Source: an uncultured Planctomycetaceae bacterium (GTDB taxonomy: Bacteria; Planctomycetota; Phycisphaerae; Sedimentisphaerales; UBA12454). Taken from it: DNA of 64,000 nucleotides. Of the stretch, positions 9,439 through 20,300 are shown in pieces (the stretch's first letter is position 1; every line of letters starts with the position of its first letter). The DNA lies in the NCBI GenBank assembly GCA_964619675.1, contig CAZUEO010000004.1:43411-107410 (forward strand), given 5' to 3'. The position numbers and the translations under genes are program-made. The notes under the pieces were generated by a model that saw nothing but the letters and a program-made list of their open reading frames with translations, had not been told where the DNA came from and did no database searches.

Positions 9439-11796
9439 GTGATTGTGTTTAATGCATATCGCGAAGTATTAGTTATTGCCGGCCTTGTCTTTTGTTTATT
9501 CTCATCAGCATTTGCCTACTCCGGCGGATCAGGAACGCAGCAAGCCCCATACCAAATCGCCGATGCTAATGACCTGTTGCAATTGGCGGCAACCACATCA
9601 GATTACAACAAATGCTTTATCCTGACAGCGGATATTGATATGGAGGGGCAGGTCTTTACGACGGCAATCATTGCCGGCGATACTATTGCGGGTAATTATA
9701 GTTTCGAGGGGGCGGCCTTTACGGGGACGTTTGACGGCAACAACCATAAAATCACGAATTCTACCATCAACGGCGGAAGCAATGACTACCTCGGTTTATT
9801 TGGTTATCTTTTTGACAGTGGTTCGGTGAAAAACCTTGGCCTTGAGAACTGTTCTGTCAGCGGTGATTCTAATTCTTATTTTGTCGGCGGCCTGGTGGGA
9901 CGTAACGACGGCAGTATCAGCAATTGCTATTCGACAGGTTCTGTCAGCGGTCGCTCGGTTGTCGGCGGGCTGGTGGGATACAATGAGGATGGCAGTATAG
10001 CTAATTGTTATAGTATGGCCGAAGTCAGCAGCAATGGTGGAGCCGGCGGATTAGTGTCGTCCAATAACGGTCATATAGCAAACTGCTACAGCACGGGAGC
10101 AGTAAGTGGAAATATTTATGGTGTTGGTGGACTCGTAGGGGAAAATTCCTGGCTTGGCGACATAACAAAATGTTACAGCACCGGCGCGGTTAGCGGCGGT
10201 GGCGACATCGGTGGATTGGTTGGACGGAACGAAGAAGATGGCCTTGTAACAATCAGTTTTTGGGATGTTGAGACTTCCAGCTTAACAATAAGTGATGGAG
10301 GCAACGGCCTAAGTACCGAAGAGATGAAGCACATGACAATTTATTCTCTTAAAGACTGGGCTGGGAACGACTGGACTATCGATGATGGAAATGAATATCC
10401 TCGTCTTGCCTGGGAAAACGCCGTGGGCCAACCAATAGCTGAACCAAATGTTCCATTAAATGGCAGCGGCACTGCCGAGTGCCCTTATGAAATTAGAAAC
10501 GCCCAAGATCTGCAATTGTTGAGTTTTGCATGCGCGTTGTGGGATAAGCATTTTGTTTTAATAAATGATATAGATGTAAATAATTATAATATTGAGCCAA
10601 TAGGTTACGACATCAGACGAGAAGAGCTGTATGGTGGTTATGTAATATATTATGGATTAGAATATCAATTCCAGGGAGTCTTAAATGGCAATGGGCATGT
10701 TATATCAAATCTTATTATTGACGCTAATGATATGGAATATGTAGGGCTTTTTAGATATATAGGTTCGAACGCAATCATAAAAAATCTTGGAATTGAAGAT
10801 GCTAACATAATCGGGGGTTCTTATGTTGGCTCTCTGGTGGGACTAAATAATGGCAGCGTAAACAACAGCTATAGCACAGGTATAGTTAATAGTAATGGTT
10901 CTTATGTCGGTGGGTTGGTTGGCGAGAATTATGGCGGTAATATATCAGCCAGCTACAATACCACAGAGGTTAGTGGAGAACAATCTTGCTGCGGCGGTTT
11001 GGCCGGATATAACGACGGTGATATATTGAACTGCTACAATACGGGAATAGTTAATGGTTCTGATTGTGTGGGCGGACTGATTGGATGGAATGACGATGGA
11101 TGGAATGACGACCATAGAGTGGAAAACTGCTACAATGCAGGAACAGTCGGTGGAGATAATTATAGTGTCGGTGGTTTGGCAGGGAGTAATGGCGGCTATA
11201 TAATCAACTGTTACAATATCGGATCGGTTGTTGGCGGCAGTTCTGTCGGTGGTTTGGTGGGAGAAAATTATATATGGCAAGATAGTTTTGGTTTATTAAC
11301 AATTTCTCCCGGCAGCATAACTAACTGTTATAGTACCGGAGATGTTGACGGTGACAGTCCTGTAGGTGGTTTGGTAGGAGATGATTCGTACGGATCGTAC
11401 GGCATTGCCGAACAGTCTTTCTGGGATGTCAATACTTCCGGCCAGACGGAAAGTGCCGGCGGAGAAGGAAAGACCACAGAGGAAATGCAAACACTTTCAA
11501 CATTTACCTCCGCAGGCTGGGATTTTTCTTATACTGACGGTGACCCTGCGGACTGGTTTATACAAATAGAAGAGTATCCGATTCTTGTCTGGCAGATATC
11601 GCCTGCGGATATCTATACCGACGGAAGAAACAACTTCAGGGATTTCGCGGTGTTTGCGCAATACTGGATGAGAGATGATTGCGCGATATATAACTATTAC
11701 TGCGACTGGGCGGATCTGAACTTTGACGGCTCTGTAGATATCGATGACCTTATCGTGCTTATGAGCTATTGGCTCCAGTCAGGGATATATGAGTAG
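9439..11796 (+). CDS. Secreted GLUG-motif repeat protein with dockerin-like C-terminus
   Basis: Signal peptide. Many VGGLVG.N.G.I.NCYSTG repeats in two blocks, each preceded by G.GT...PY.I..A.DL. Tail DLNFDGSVDIDDLIVLMSYW. Confidence 0.85.
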   Translation: MIVFNAYREVLVIAGLVFCLFSSAFAYSGGSGTQQAPYQIADANDLLQLAATTSDYNKCFILTADIDMEGQVFTTAIIAGDTIAGNYSFEGAAFTGTFDGNNHKITNSTINGGSNDYLGLFGYLFDSGSVKNLGLENCSVSGDSNSYFVGGLVGRNDGSISNCYSTGSVSGRSVVGGLVGYNEDGSIANCYSMAEVSSNGGAGGLVSSNNGHIANCYSTGAVSGNIYGVGGLVGENSWLGDITKCYSTGAVSGGGDIGGLVGRNEEDGLVTISFWDVETSSLTISDGGNGLSTEEMKHMTIYSLKDWAGNDWTIDDGNEYPRLAWENAVGQPIAEPNVPLNGSGTAECPYEIRNAQDLQLLSFACALWDKHFVLINDIDVNNYNIEPIGYDIRREELYGGYVIYYGLEYQFQGVLNGNGHVISNLIIDANDMEYVGLFRYIGSNAIIKNLGIEDANIIGGSYVGSLVGLNNGSVNNSYSTGIVNSNGSYVGGLVGENYGGNISASYNTTEVSGEQSCCGGLAGYNDGDILNCYNTGIVNGSDCVGGLIGWNDDGWNDDHRVENCYNAGTVGGDNYSVGGLAGSNGGYIINCYNIGSVVGGSSVGGLVGENYIWQDSFGLLTISPGSITNCYSTGDVDGDSPVGGLVGDDSYGSYGIAEQSFWDVNTSGQTESAGGEGKTTEEMQTLSTFTSAGWDFSYTDGDPADWFIQIEEYPILVWQISPADIYTDGRNNFRDFAVFAQYWMRDDCAIYNYYCDWADLNFDGSVDIDDLIVLMSYWLQSGIYE

Positions 11797-11905
11797 GGCG
11801 GAGTTATCAAAATAGCTTATAATGAACCGGATTCTTTCTGGGATGCCGCAATGGTGATTTGGATTTACAAGATGATGTTATCCTTACCGTTTTTTGGGAA
11901 GGAAG

Positions 11906-11925
11906 ACCCGCCGTGAAACGGCGGG
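11906..11925. terminator. Hairpin between convergent genes (possible bidirectional terminator or REP-like element)
   Basis: cccgccgt-gaa-acggcggg perfect stem. Confidence 0.5.
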
Positions 11926-12015
11926 CTAAATGTTTACAGATTACCCCTCATTTACATTCGGGGCTCCGTGGATTCGAAATTCAACACCGCCCCGATGAAG
12001 TAGTTTTAAGGAAAC

Positions 12016-12085
12016 ACCCCAGTTAGATAGCTAAAGCATCACCAAGCAGCTAACTAACGCATCTAACGGGGCAAGCGGGGTAAAC
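12016..12085. repeat. Palindromic element, family CCCCG(T/A)(T/G)AGA...TCT(A/C)ACGGGG ending GGGGTAAAC
   Basis: Left arm ACCCC(A)GTTAGAT 12016-12028, right arm ATCTAACGGGGC 12061-12072, then AAGCGGGGTAAAC. Confidence 0.75.
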
Positions 12086-12153
12086 CTTCTTTATTAGACT
12101 TTAATTCACACATCATTCAGCACTGCGAAGTCACCGTCCGTCTTCGCCAAGGG

Positions 12154-12735
12154 CTACGCCGAGACTTGTGGGAAGTTCAAGACAGCAAACTCAGCGTGAT
12201 AAATTTTGGCGGCCTGGTCATAGGCTTTTGCGGCATCTATTTCATTATCAAAAAAGCCAAGATGCTCACGAGTGCCGTTGTGAGTTATAGTAGCCCGCCA
12301 TCTGCCGCCATCGCGTTTGACGCCTTTATATATGGAACTGCCTAAGCCGGGGACCTTTGCCCTGTTGGCGGCGTTCTGGGCAGGTGTGGCAAACCTTAAA
12401 TTCGCCTTTCGATTGTCAAGGCCATTGCGATTTTTGTGGTCAATAATAGAGCCGGCAGGGGCCTGCAAAATTAGCCTGTGCATATTTATCGTTATGTGCC
12501 TGCCGTTTTCACGCACAGACCGCACAGCATAGAAAGTATTACGGTGCTTTTTCGCATACCAGTCGAATTTGTTCAGCTCTTCGAAATCCTGCGGGTCAAC
12601 GATGGCAAATTTGTCCTGCGTAAGCGGGATTAGCCGAAATTCAAAACCATAGTTGCGTTTTCGGTAGCGCAGCAAAAAGGCGACGCCGATGTGTTCCAAA
12701 ATGTTCGGAACTTTAATGGGAAGGTTTAGGTACAT
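12154..12735 (-). CDS. HNH endonuclease fused to an AP2 DNA-binding domain
   Basis: MHRLIL...IDHKNRNGLDNRKANLR (HNH_3-like), then SSIYKGV...WRATI...HLGFF..EIDAAKAYD.AA...HAEFAVLNF (AP2). Confidence 0.92.
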   Translation of the reverse strand: MYLNLPIKVPNILEHIGVAFLLRYRKRNYGFEFRLIPLTQDKFAIVDPQDFEELNKFDWYAKKHRNTFYAVRSVRENGRHITINMHRLILQAPAGSIIDHKNRNGLDNRKANLRFATPAQNAANRAKVPGLGSSIYKGVKRDGGRWRATITHNGTREHLGFFDNEIDAAKAYDQAAKIYHAEFAVLNFPQVSA

Positions 12736-12748
12736 AGCTGGCTCCCGT

Positions 12749-13050
12749 AAAAAATTGAAAATTGAAAATTTGTGGAGTCCGCCTTAGGCGGAGTTATTTT
12801 AAATCTTAAATTCATTTCACCTTTCTACTCTCTATTCCCGACTTTCTATGTTGCCTTTTTCGAAAATCGACAATCGAAATTTGACCACAATCAAAAATGA
12901 AAATGGATATTCGAAAGTCGAAAATCGAACATTACAAATAAAAGCGCTAATTTTTCAAACTCTCGACTTTCGATTCTCGACTTTTTATGTTGCCTTTTTC
13001 GACTTCAAATTCTTCATTTTTCAATCTTCATTCTTCAATTTTCAATATAT
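12749..13050. repeat. (AAATTGA)n-GTGGAGT-CCGCC-TTA-GGCGG element followed by 7-bp-periodic arrays
   Basis: Hairpin 12779-12791. cgaaaat/cgacaat/cgaaagt and ctcgact/ttcgatt/cttcatt/tttcaat heptamer runs at 12860-13045. Confidence 0.8.
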
Positions 13051-13243
13051 AAGCCCCTCCGTATTACCTGAAAAGTTGCGCGTTTTAGTAAAAAAATCGG
13101 CAAAAATTCCGGGGTCAAAATTCATAAGTCCTTGTCAGAAAAGGGACCAATTTTTTTGAGATTTTCAAAACGCGCACGTTTTTTTTTGCGCGTTTTGGAA
13201 AAAAATTGAAGCCACAGAGGATATAAAAAGTATGGTTTTAGCC

Positions 13244-13293
13244 ACCCCGATGAGATAAATCTCGCCTGCGGGCGGACATCTCACGGGGTAAAC
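13244..13293. repeat. Second copy of the CCCCG..AGAT/ATCT..CGGGG-TAAAC palindromic element
   Basis: ACCCCG(A)TGAGAT 13244-13256, ATCTCACGGGGT 13278-13289, then AAAC. Internal cgcc-tgcg-ggcg hairpin. Confidence 0.75.
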
Positions 13294-13582
13294 TCCGAAC
13301 CGAAGGCAGCAACTGATTCCAATTAAAAAATGAAGATTGAAAATTTGCGGAACGCCTTTGGTGGGAAATTTTAGGGGTTCAATTTTTCATTTTCGCAGGG
13401 GTTTCGCTGTTTTTGTATTTTCTCCCGCACTATCGCGGTTTATTTTTATCCGGCTCTTATAACCGATAACTTATCACTTGTGCACTTTTGCTCAACGTTT
13501 ATTATTGGATAGACGGCAATAAAGGCCATAAAATCAAATAAAGAAATTGGCTATAACCTGCCCCAATCCTATATTTTGATTG

Positions 13583-13644
13583 CTACCAAATTACTACCAA
13601 ACGGCTACCAAATTTCTTGACAATAAAACGCTATCAGGTAAACT
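13583..13644 (+). promoter_or_regulatory. Putative sigma70 promoter of gyrA preceded by three phased direct repeats
   Basis: CTACCAAA at 13583, 13594 and 13605 (11-bp period). TTGACA 13617-13622, 16-bp spacer, TAAACT 13639-13644. Confidence 0.6.
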
Positions 13645-13715
13645 TAATCAATTCAGAATTGTTGTAAATTTTCAACTTTAGCGATAAATTATAACTAATC
13701 GCCAGAAAAGGACTT

Positions 13716-16358
13716 ATGGCTGAGACACAGGAGCCAAAAAAGGCCGAACGAATAGAAGATATACGAATCCTCGAAGAGATGAAGAATTCGTATATGAATT
13801 ACGCGATGAGCGTAATAGTTTCGCGTGCTTTGCCAGACGTTCGTGACGGCCTCAAGCCATCCCAAAGACGAATCCTTGTTGCGATGAATGACCTTAATTT
13901 AGGCCCTCGCAGCAAGCACAGAAAATGCGCAAAAATCGTCGGCGATACGGGTGGCAATTATCATCCTCACGGCGACCAGGCCACCTACGGCACATTAGTC
14001 AGGCTCGGCCAGGACTGGAATATGCGGCATTGTCTCGTCGACCCGCAGGGCAATTTCGGCAGCATTGACAACGACCCGCCTGCGGCGATGAGATATACAG
14101 AGGCGAGAATGTCTGCTGAAGCGATGGAGATGCTCGATGATTTGAACCGTGATACGGTTGATTTTGTGCCGAACTATGATGAGACGCGGACTGAGCCGAC
14201 GGTTTTACCTTCAAGATTTCCCAATCTGCTTATTAACGGCTCCACGGGCATTGCGGTTGGTATGGCGACGAATCTTCCGCCTCACAATCTTGGCGAGGTC
14301 TGCCAGGCTTTGCTGCTTGTAATAAAGGACCCGAACTGCGGGTTTAAAGATATAATGAAGGTATTGCAGGGGCCGGATTTCCCGACCGGCGGGATAATCT
14401 GCGGCGTAAAGGGTATCAGGCAGGCTTATTCGACCGGCAAAGGTCATTTAACTGTCAGGGGCAAGGTCGATATTGAGGAAAACAAAAAGGGCCGCAAGGT
14501 TATCATCATTACCGAAATTCCTTATATGGTTGTGAAGACTGCGATCGTTTCAAAGATCGCTGAGCTTGTTGAGGCAGGCACCTTGCCTGAAGTTTCAGAC
14601 GTCCGAGATGAGTCAGACCGCAAAGGGATGCGAATTGTTGTAGAGCTGAAAAAAGATGCTGAAGAGCAAATTGTACTTAATAAACTTTATCAATATACTC
14701 AGCTTCAAAACACTTTCGCGATTTCAAATGTCGCACTTGTAAATAACCGGCCTGAGACGCTCAATATAAAACAACTGCTTCAACTATTTATCGACCATCG
14801 CAAAGAGGTAATCCGCAGACGAAGCAGGTTCCTGCTAATCAGGTGCCGCAACAGGGCACATATCCTTGAAGGTTTAATCCTGGCGGTAAGCGATATTGAC
14901 GAGATAATAAACCTTATTAAGAAATCGCCTGACGCACCGACCGCTAAGTTAAATCTTATGAAAAAGCCGCTAAAACTGGCAGAGTCGGCAGCATTGCGAA
15001 AATTGCTGCCTGAAGAGTTTGTAAAGCGGGCAAGCGGCCAGGAACAGTTTCTTACGGGACCGCAGGCCGATGCCATTTTAAGTATGCAGTTACAAAGGCT
15101 GACCGGCCTTGAGATTGAAAAGTTAGGGCGGGAATATGCCGCTCTTGTCGAGGAGATTGAAGGCTACGAGGCGATTTTAGCTGATGAGAAACTTGTGCTT
15201 GATGAGATTACCGAAGACCTTTACGAGCTGAATGAAAAATACGCGGACAAACGCAGGACGGTTATCGCTGAAGAGACTGAGGATATTGATATTGAAGATT
15301 TAATTGCAGAAGAGCAGGTACTTGTAACTGTCAGTCACGGCGGCTATATCAAACGTATGCCGATAGACACCTACCGCAAACAAAGCCGGGGCGGCAGAGG
15401 CGTTATCGGCTCAGATACTCGCGAGGGAGACTTTATTGAGTCGCTGTTTACGGCATCGACGCATGATTATCTGCTTATATTTACGAATCGCGGCAAATGC
15501 TACTGGCTGAAGGTCTATAACGTTCCGCAACTTTCTCGGCAGAGCAGGGGCAGAAGCATCGCAAACCTGCTGAATTTAGGCGACCAGAAAATCACCTCAA
15601 TCATAAACGTCGATAAATTCGACGAGCGAAATCTCGTGATGGCGACACGGAGTGGAACTATCAAGAAATCGGCGCTTGGCCTTTATGCGAATCCGCGAGC
15701 CAGCGGAATCATCGCGATAAAAATTGAGCCAAGCGACGACCTTATAGGCGTAGCATTAACAAGCGGCAAAAACCATATCATTTTAGGCACAAAAGACGGT
15801 ATGGCTATCCGATTCGACGAATCACTGGCAAGACCTATGGGCAGGACGGCAAGAGGCGTAAGAGGAATCAAGCTTCGCAAGGGCGATGCTGTTGTGGATA
15901 TGGTAATTGCAGAAGAGCTCGTCGCGGCGAAAGCCGCAGCCGCAGCAGGACAGGCGACACTGCTGACAGTCTGCGAAAACGGCTTTGGCAAAAGGACAAC
16001 GCTTGAAGATTACCGACCGCAGGGCAGAGGAGGAATCGGACTGATTAATATGAAAACTTCGCAGCGCAACGGCAGCGTCGTTGCACTTAAAGCGGTAAAA
16101 GACGAAGATGATATTATGGTTATGACGGCAAATGGAATTATTATCCGCACCGGTCTTGAAGGAATACGCGAAATCGGCAGAAATACGCAGGGTGTAAGAC
16201 TCATAAAACTCGAAGAAAACGATAAAGTCGTAGCAGTCGAACGAGTTGTTAAAGAAGAAAAAGAAGAGGCGGATGAACCGCAAAGCGAGTTGCAGGAACA
16301 ACCACAGCCACAAGAGAAGGCTGTTGAAGAACCGCCAGTTCAGGATGAGCAGCAGTAA
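13716..16358 (+). CDS. gyrA: DNA gyrase subunit A
   Basis: [25 protein letters not shown] (catalytic Tyr), GyrA-box QSRGGRG, pinwheel repeats and acidic tail. Confidence 0.97.
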   Translation: MAETQEPKKAERIEDIRILEEMKNSYMNYAMSVIVSRALPDVRDGLKPSQRRILVAMNDLNLGPRSKHRKCAKIVGDTGGNYHPHGDQATYGTLVRLGQDWNMRHCLVDPQGNFGSIDNDPPAAMRYTEARMSAEAMEMLDDLNRDTVDFVPNYDETRTEPTVLPSRFPNLLINGSTGIAVGMATNLPPHNLGEVCQALLLVIKDPNCGFKDIMKVLQGPDFPTGGIICGVKGIRQAYSTGKGHLTVRGKVDIEENKKGRKVIIITEIPYMVVKTAIVSKIAELVEAGTLPEVSDVRDESDRKGMRIVVELKKDAEEQIVLNKLYQYTQLQNTFAISNVALVNNRPETLNIKQLLQLFIDHRKEVIRRRSRFLLIRCRNRAHILEGLILAVSDIDEIINLIKKSPDAPTAKLNLMKKPLKLAESAALRKLLPEEFVKRASGQEQFLTGPQADAILSMQLQRLTGLEIEKLGREYAALVEEIEGYEAILADEKLVLDEITEDLYELNEKYADKRRTVIAEETEDIDIEDLIAEEQVLVTVSHGGYIKRMPIDTYRKQSRGGRGVIGSDTREGDFIESLFTASTHDYLLIFTNRGKCYWLKVYNVPQLSRQSRGRSIANLLNLGDQKITSIINVDKFDERNLVMATRSGTIKKSALGLYANPRASGIIAIKIEPSDDLIGVALTSGKNHIILGTKDGMAIRFDESLARPMGRTARGVRGIKLRKGDAVVDMVIAEELVAAKAAAAAGQATLLTVCENGFGKRTTLEDYRPQGRGGIGLINMKTSQRNGSVVALKAVKDEDDIMVMTANGIIIRTGLEGIREIGRNTQGVRLIKLEENDKVVAVERVVKEEKEEADEPQSELQEQPQPQEKAVEEPPVQDEQQ

Positions 16359-16361
16359 TAA

Positions 16362-17333
16362 ATGCCTTCGGTCAAAAAACAAGAGGTAAAACCAATATAT
16401 GTCATTGCCGGCAAGGATGAATTTCTTGTAGCAGGGCAGGCGACAAGTCTTATTGCACAGTTTCTAAAACCGGAAGAGCTTGCGATGTGTCTGTGGCGAG
16501 CGGAGGCCGATAAGGCGGCTGCGGCAGAGGTATTTGATGAGCTTAGAACTTTGCCATTTCTTGCTGAGCGGCGAGTTGTTGTTTTGACGGATGCCGATGA
16601 TTTTGTAAGCAATAATCGCCAGCTTCTGGAAAAGTATTTTGAAAATCCCGCTTCAAGCGGCGTTCTTGTTCTTGCAGTAAAAAAGTGGCAGTCAAATACA
16701 CGGCTTGCAAAATTGTTGCCGAAGGTCGGGCAATTGATTCAAATTGGCGAGCTGAAATCGAACGCTCTTATTTCTTATATACGCAATTATGCAAGCCGGC
16801 AGCACAACAAGAATCTTTCCTATAACGCCGCACAAATGCTGGTTGAATTTGCAGGCGATGAGCCCGGCGTTCTGTGCAGTGAAATAGATAAACTTGCCGC
16901 CTATACAAATACCGCAAAAGCCGTAACTGAAAAAGACATCGCGGCGGTTGTCGGGCATAACCGGATTTTCGGAGCATTTGAGGTAATAGATTCAATGACA
17001 GCGGGTGCGACGGGCAAAGCGCTTGAAAAATTGCGGTTGATGTTTGGCGCCGATAAGGGTGCCGAATATACGACTGTCGGGGCGTTTGCGTGGCATTTTC
17101 GCAGGATGTTCTCGGCTAGCGCGATGCTGGCGAAAGGACAATCGCCCGAGGTGATAGCAAAGAAATTTCGCATCTGGAACAGCGATGAATTTTTCAGGAC
17201 GCTGAAAAAGATGCCGCTGGAGAAAATCGGCGGCTGTTTAAAACAGCTTGCCGAGATTGATTATGATATCAAGACCGGCAGGGCTACCGCTGAAACGGCA
17301 ATTGAAGCAATGGTAGTTCAGCTTTGCGGATGA
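16362..17333 (+). CDS. holA: DNA polymerase III delta subunit
   Basis: PIYVIAGKDEFL, LRTLPFLAERRVVVL, EIDKLAAY, LAEIDYDIKTG. Confidence 0.9.
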   Translation: MPSVKKQEVKPIYVIAGKDEFLVAGQATSLIAQFLKPEELAMCLWRAEADKAAAAEVFDELRTLPFLAERRVVVLTDADDFVSNNRQLLEKYFENPASSGVLVLAVKKWQSNTRLAKLLPKVGQLIQIGELKSNALISYIRNYASRQHNKNLSYNAAQMLVEFAGDEPGVLCSEIDKLAAYTNTAKAVTEKDIAAVVGHNRIFGAFEVIDSMTAGATGKALEKLRLMFGADKGAEYTTVGAFAWHFRRMFSASAMLAKGQSPEVIAKKFRIWNSDEFFRTLKKMPLEKIGGCLKQLAEIDYDIKTGRATAETAIEAMVVQLCG

Positions 17334-17337
17334 TAAT

Positions 17338-20300
17338 CTACTTTATAATTACTTCAATTGTTTGTCCTGCCTTTATGTCAACTTCCGTTTGGCCTGATAA
17401 AAATGGTTTCTGCATCTTAGAAATTGCGCGGTCATCGTGCTGAAAAAGCTCATATTCGAGGCGGTATCTTCCTGTGGGCAGATTAAGATTTGGTTTGGAA
17501 AAAGGAGTTTTTTTAAGATATTCCTGCGGCACCTGAAGAAAAATAAAATGTTTTTTAATCTGGGTGTTGAAGGTTGTAATAGTGTAAGGTTCTTGTGTGT
17601 CAAGGTTAATAGCTTTACAAATCAGGTGAGCCCAGGATTTTGTTATTAATTTTTTAGCGGCGTCATCAAATATAAATTTCAAGACAGCGCTTTTTTCAAG
17701 AGCTATTTCTATTGAAACAGATTTGTCAGCTTCTATTTGAATATTATCTTTACTGAAGGTTAGAAAGCCGTCCTTAGCTGCCATGAAAGTATATTTTGCA
17801 GGGGGCAATTTATCGTATTCAATTATGCCGTTGGCATCGGTTCTGTTTGTGTTTGGCGTCGCATTTACGTCCCGCTGCCGCGGTAGGCCGAAGAAATGCA
17901 TCTCAAGGTCATTGGTCAGGCCACAGGCAGCGCCATCAAGCGGCTTTTTTGACTCTGCATCGATGACAGTTACCTGCAATTTTGCTGTTGGGTTTATGAA
18001 TTTAATGTTGTTTGGCTGTTGTGAATTATCAATTTCAAAGGATTCAGATATTACCCGGAGTCCTTTGCCGATTAGTGTGAGATAGTATCTGCCGGGCTTG
18101 AGGTTTGAAAAGGTAAAGCTGCCATTTGGGTTGAGCATAGGTTGTAGATTTATATAATCCCAGTTTATCTTGTAAGTATAATTTTCATCATCGGCTATAG
18201 ATTTAGGGTTCCATCTTCTTGCCATAAGCCTGAGATTTTTTTCGCCTATAAATTCAGGAGGAATTTTTCCGCTTATCGCTATCGAGCCAAAGTCGATATT
18301 TAAAGTCGTATCGGAATTGACGTCAATCTGCTGATTGTCCCGAAGCTCATCTTCAGGATTGTATGTGCGAGAAGAAAAAGTTGAAGAGACTTGCGGTTTC
18401 CTATAGTGTGTACTAACGTTATATTTACCTTTAGCCAGGCCAGTTATTTTGAAGAAACCATTGCTGTTGCTTGTATCAGATTTTGAATAATCCGAACCGC
18501 GGAAGAATACGTTCGCGTTGCTTAACGGCGTTTGTCCAATACAGACCTGTCCTGTAACTGTAAAGCCTTGTTCGTTGCCGAAGTCGAGGTTGATTTTTTG
18601 GCCTGGCGATAAAATAACTTTTTTTGAGGCTGTTGTATGGCTGGAACGGTTTATAATCGGCGACATTGTATAAATACTAAGATTTCCTGCCGGCAGGTCT
18701 GACAGACAATAATTGCCATCTGCATTTGTGACAGTGCTTTTTTCAATAAAGCCCATTTGGTGAGAATGCAAATCATATCGGCTGTTCAGGTCGCAACTTA
18801 TCTTTATACCTGCAGCCGGTTTACCATCCTTATATATTGTTCCAAAAACCTCGGCGCTTTTTTCAAGGACAATTTCATAGAGTTCTTCCTTATCATCCGG
18901 CAGAATCAGGTCTGCATCGATATAAGGAGCAAAACCAGAGGCGGTAATATAGATACCCCGTTTGCCGCTGCCTATTGTGTCGAAAGCAAATCTGCCGTTT
19001 GAATCGGTCATTGTCGTGTCTTTGTCGTCCCAGTGTTCGCCATACATTTGGAGTCTGTTTGTTTCCGAAAACCATCTTACTGAAGCACCGACAACAGGTT
19101 CGTTCTGTTCATTTACTACCGAGCCTTCGATTGCAGCGGGAGGCATCAGTTTAAAGATGATTCGATTAGGTTCATTTGAGGTTGGCAAAACTTCTACGGG
19201 ATCGATGGTCAGCAGGTCGTAACCCTGTGCATAAACGGTTACGATATAACCTGCGCCAATCGGGAGAGTTTCTGAGCCGGTATCAAAAAAACCATTAGAA
19301 TCATTGAAATCATGCCCTTCTCTGCTCCATGTGGCGGAATATCCGCTGCCACGTTTTTGACTTTTACTGCTAGAGCCCAGTTTTACATTGAACTTTGAAA
19401 CTGCTTTTCCAGTGGCATTGTCGATTACCTGCCCGTAAATTCTGCCTGCCTGCTGGACTTCGATTATATGTTCGTCTTTTCCGATTTCAATTTCAGGCAT
19501 TATATTCGGCACAGTTTGTGACCTGATCTGAAGGACGACCTTGCCGGAAGACGGCGCGTTTTCAATGGTGAATTTACCCTCGGCGTCAGTAATAATCCGG
19601 TCTTTATAATCACTAATATTGCTGACACCTTTAATTTCTCTTATAATTACGTTAACACCAGAAACAGGATTACCCTGACTGTTAACGACTTTGCCGTGAA
19701 GAGGTTTAGGGTTTTCAAACCTGATATTTATCTGTTTTTCAGATTCCCGGGCATCGATATTAAACGTTTCTACATAAGGCGGATACTGTGGATGAACGGC
19801 CCAGAGGACAAGCTGGCCATTATCGATATCGATGTTTTGTAATTCGTAAAAACCATTAGCGTCAGATGTTGCTTCTATATGATTCCACATAGAACGGGAT
19901 TCTGTATTTCCGACGACAGCGCCTTGTAACGGATTTCCATAAGGGTCTGTAACCCGGCCAAAAACTATAATGCCTACTTTTAATACTATGTCCAGTTTGG
20001 CGGTTTGGCCTGTAGCAGACGGCGGAAAATTAATTGTTACTGCAGAGAAGCTATCTGCTTTTACTGCCAGTGAATACTGTCCGAAATCGGGGTCAAGGCC
20101 GTCGATTTCGTAAAAGCCATTCGCATCTGTTTTCGTATCCTGATTTCTGAGCTGAAAAACTTCTACTTTTGCATTCGCGACGGGACTATCGTTTTCATCT
20201 TTTATGAAACCGGCCACTTTGCTTGAAGGCATAAGCTCGATTTTTGTATCGATGATTTTACCCGCCACCGGCATAATGCTTATTTTTTGAGAAGCAAAGT

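Noticed and set aside
12848-13159. 103-aa ORF upstream of the HNH-AP2 gene
   Set aside because: It is a translation of heptamer arrays (FSIFNF-like low complexity) with no domain signal, so most likely spurious.
8749-13400. CRISPR array
   Set aside because: The repeats are 7-9 bp periodic or palindromic, with no constant 23-47 bp repeat separated by unique equal-length spacers, and no cas genes.
11900-13400. Prophage remnant or classical IS element around the HNH-AP2 gene
   Set aside because: There is no integrase, transposase, structural gene or long terminal inverted repeat with target duplication bounding the whole segment.
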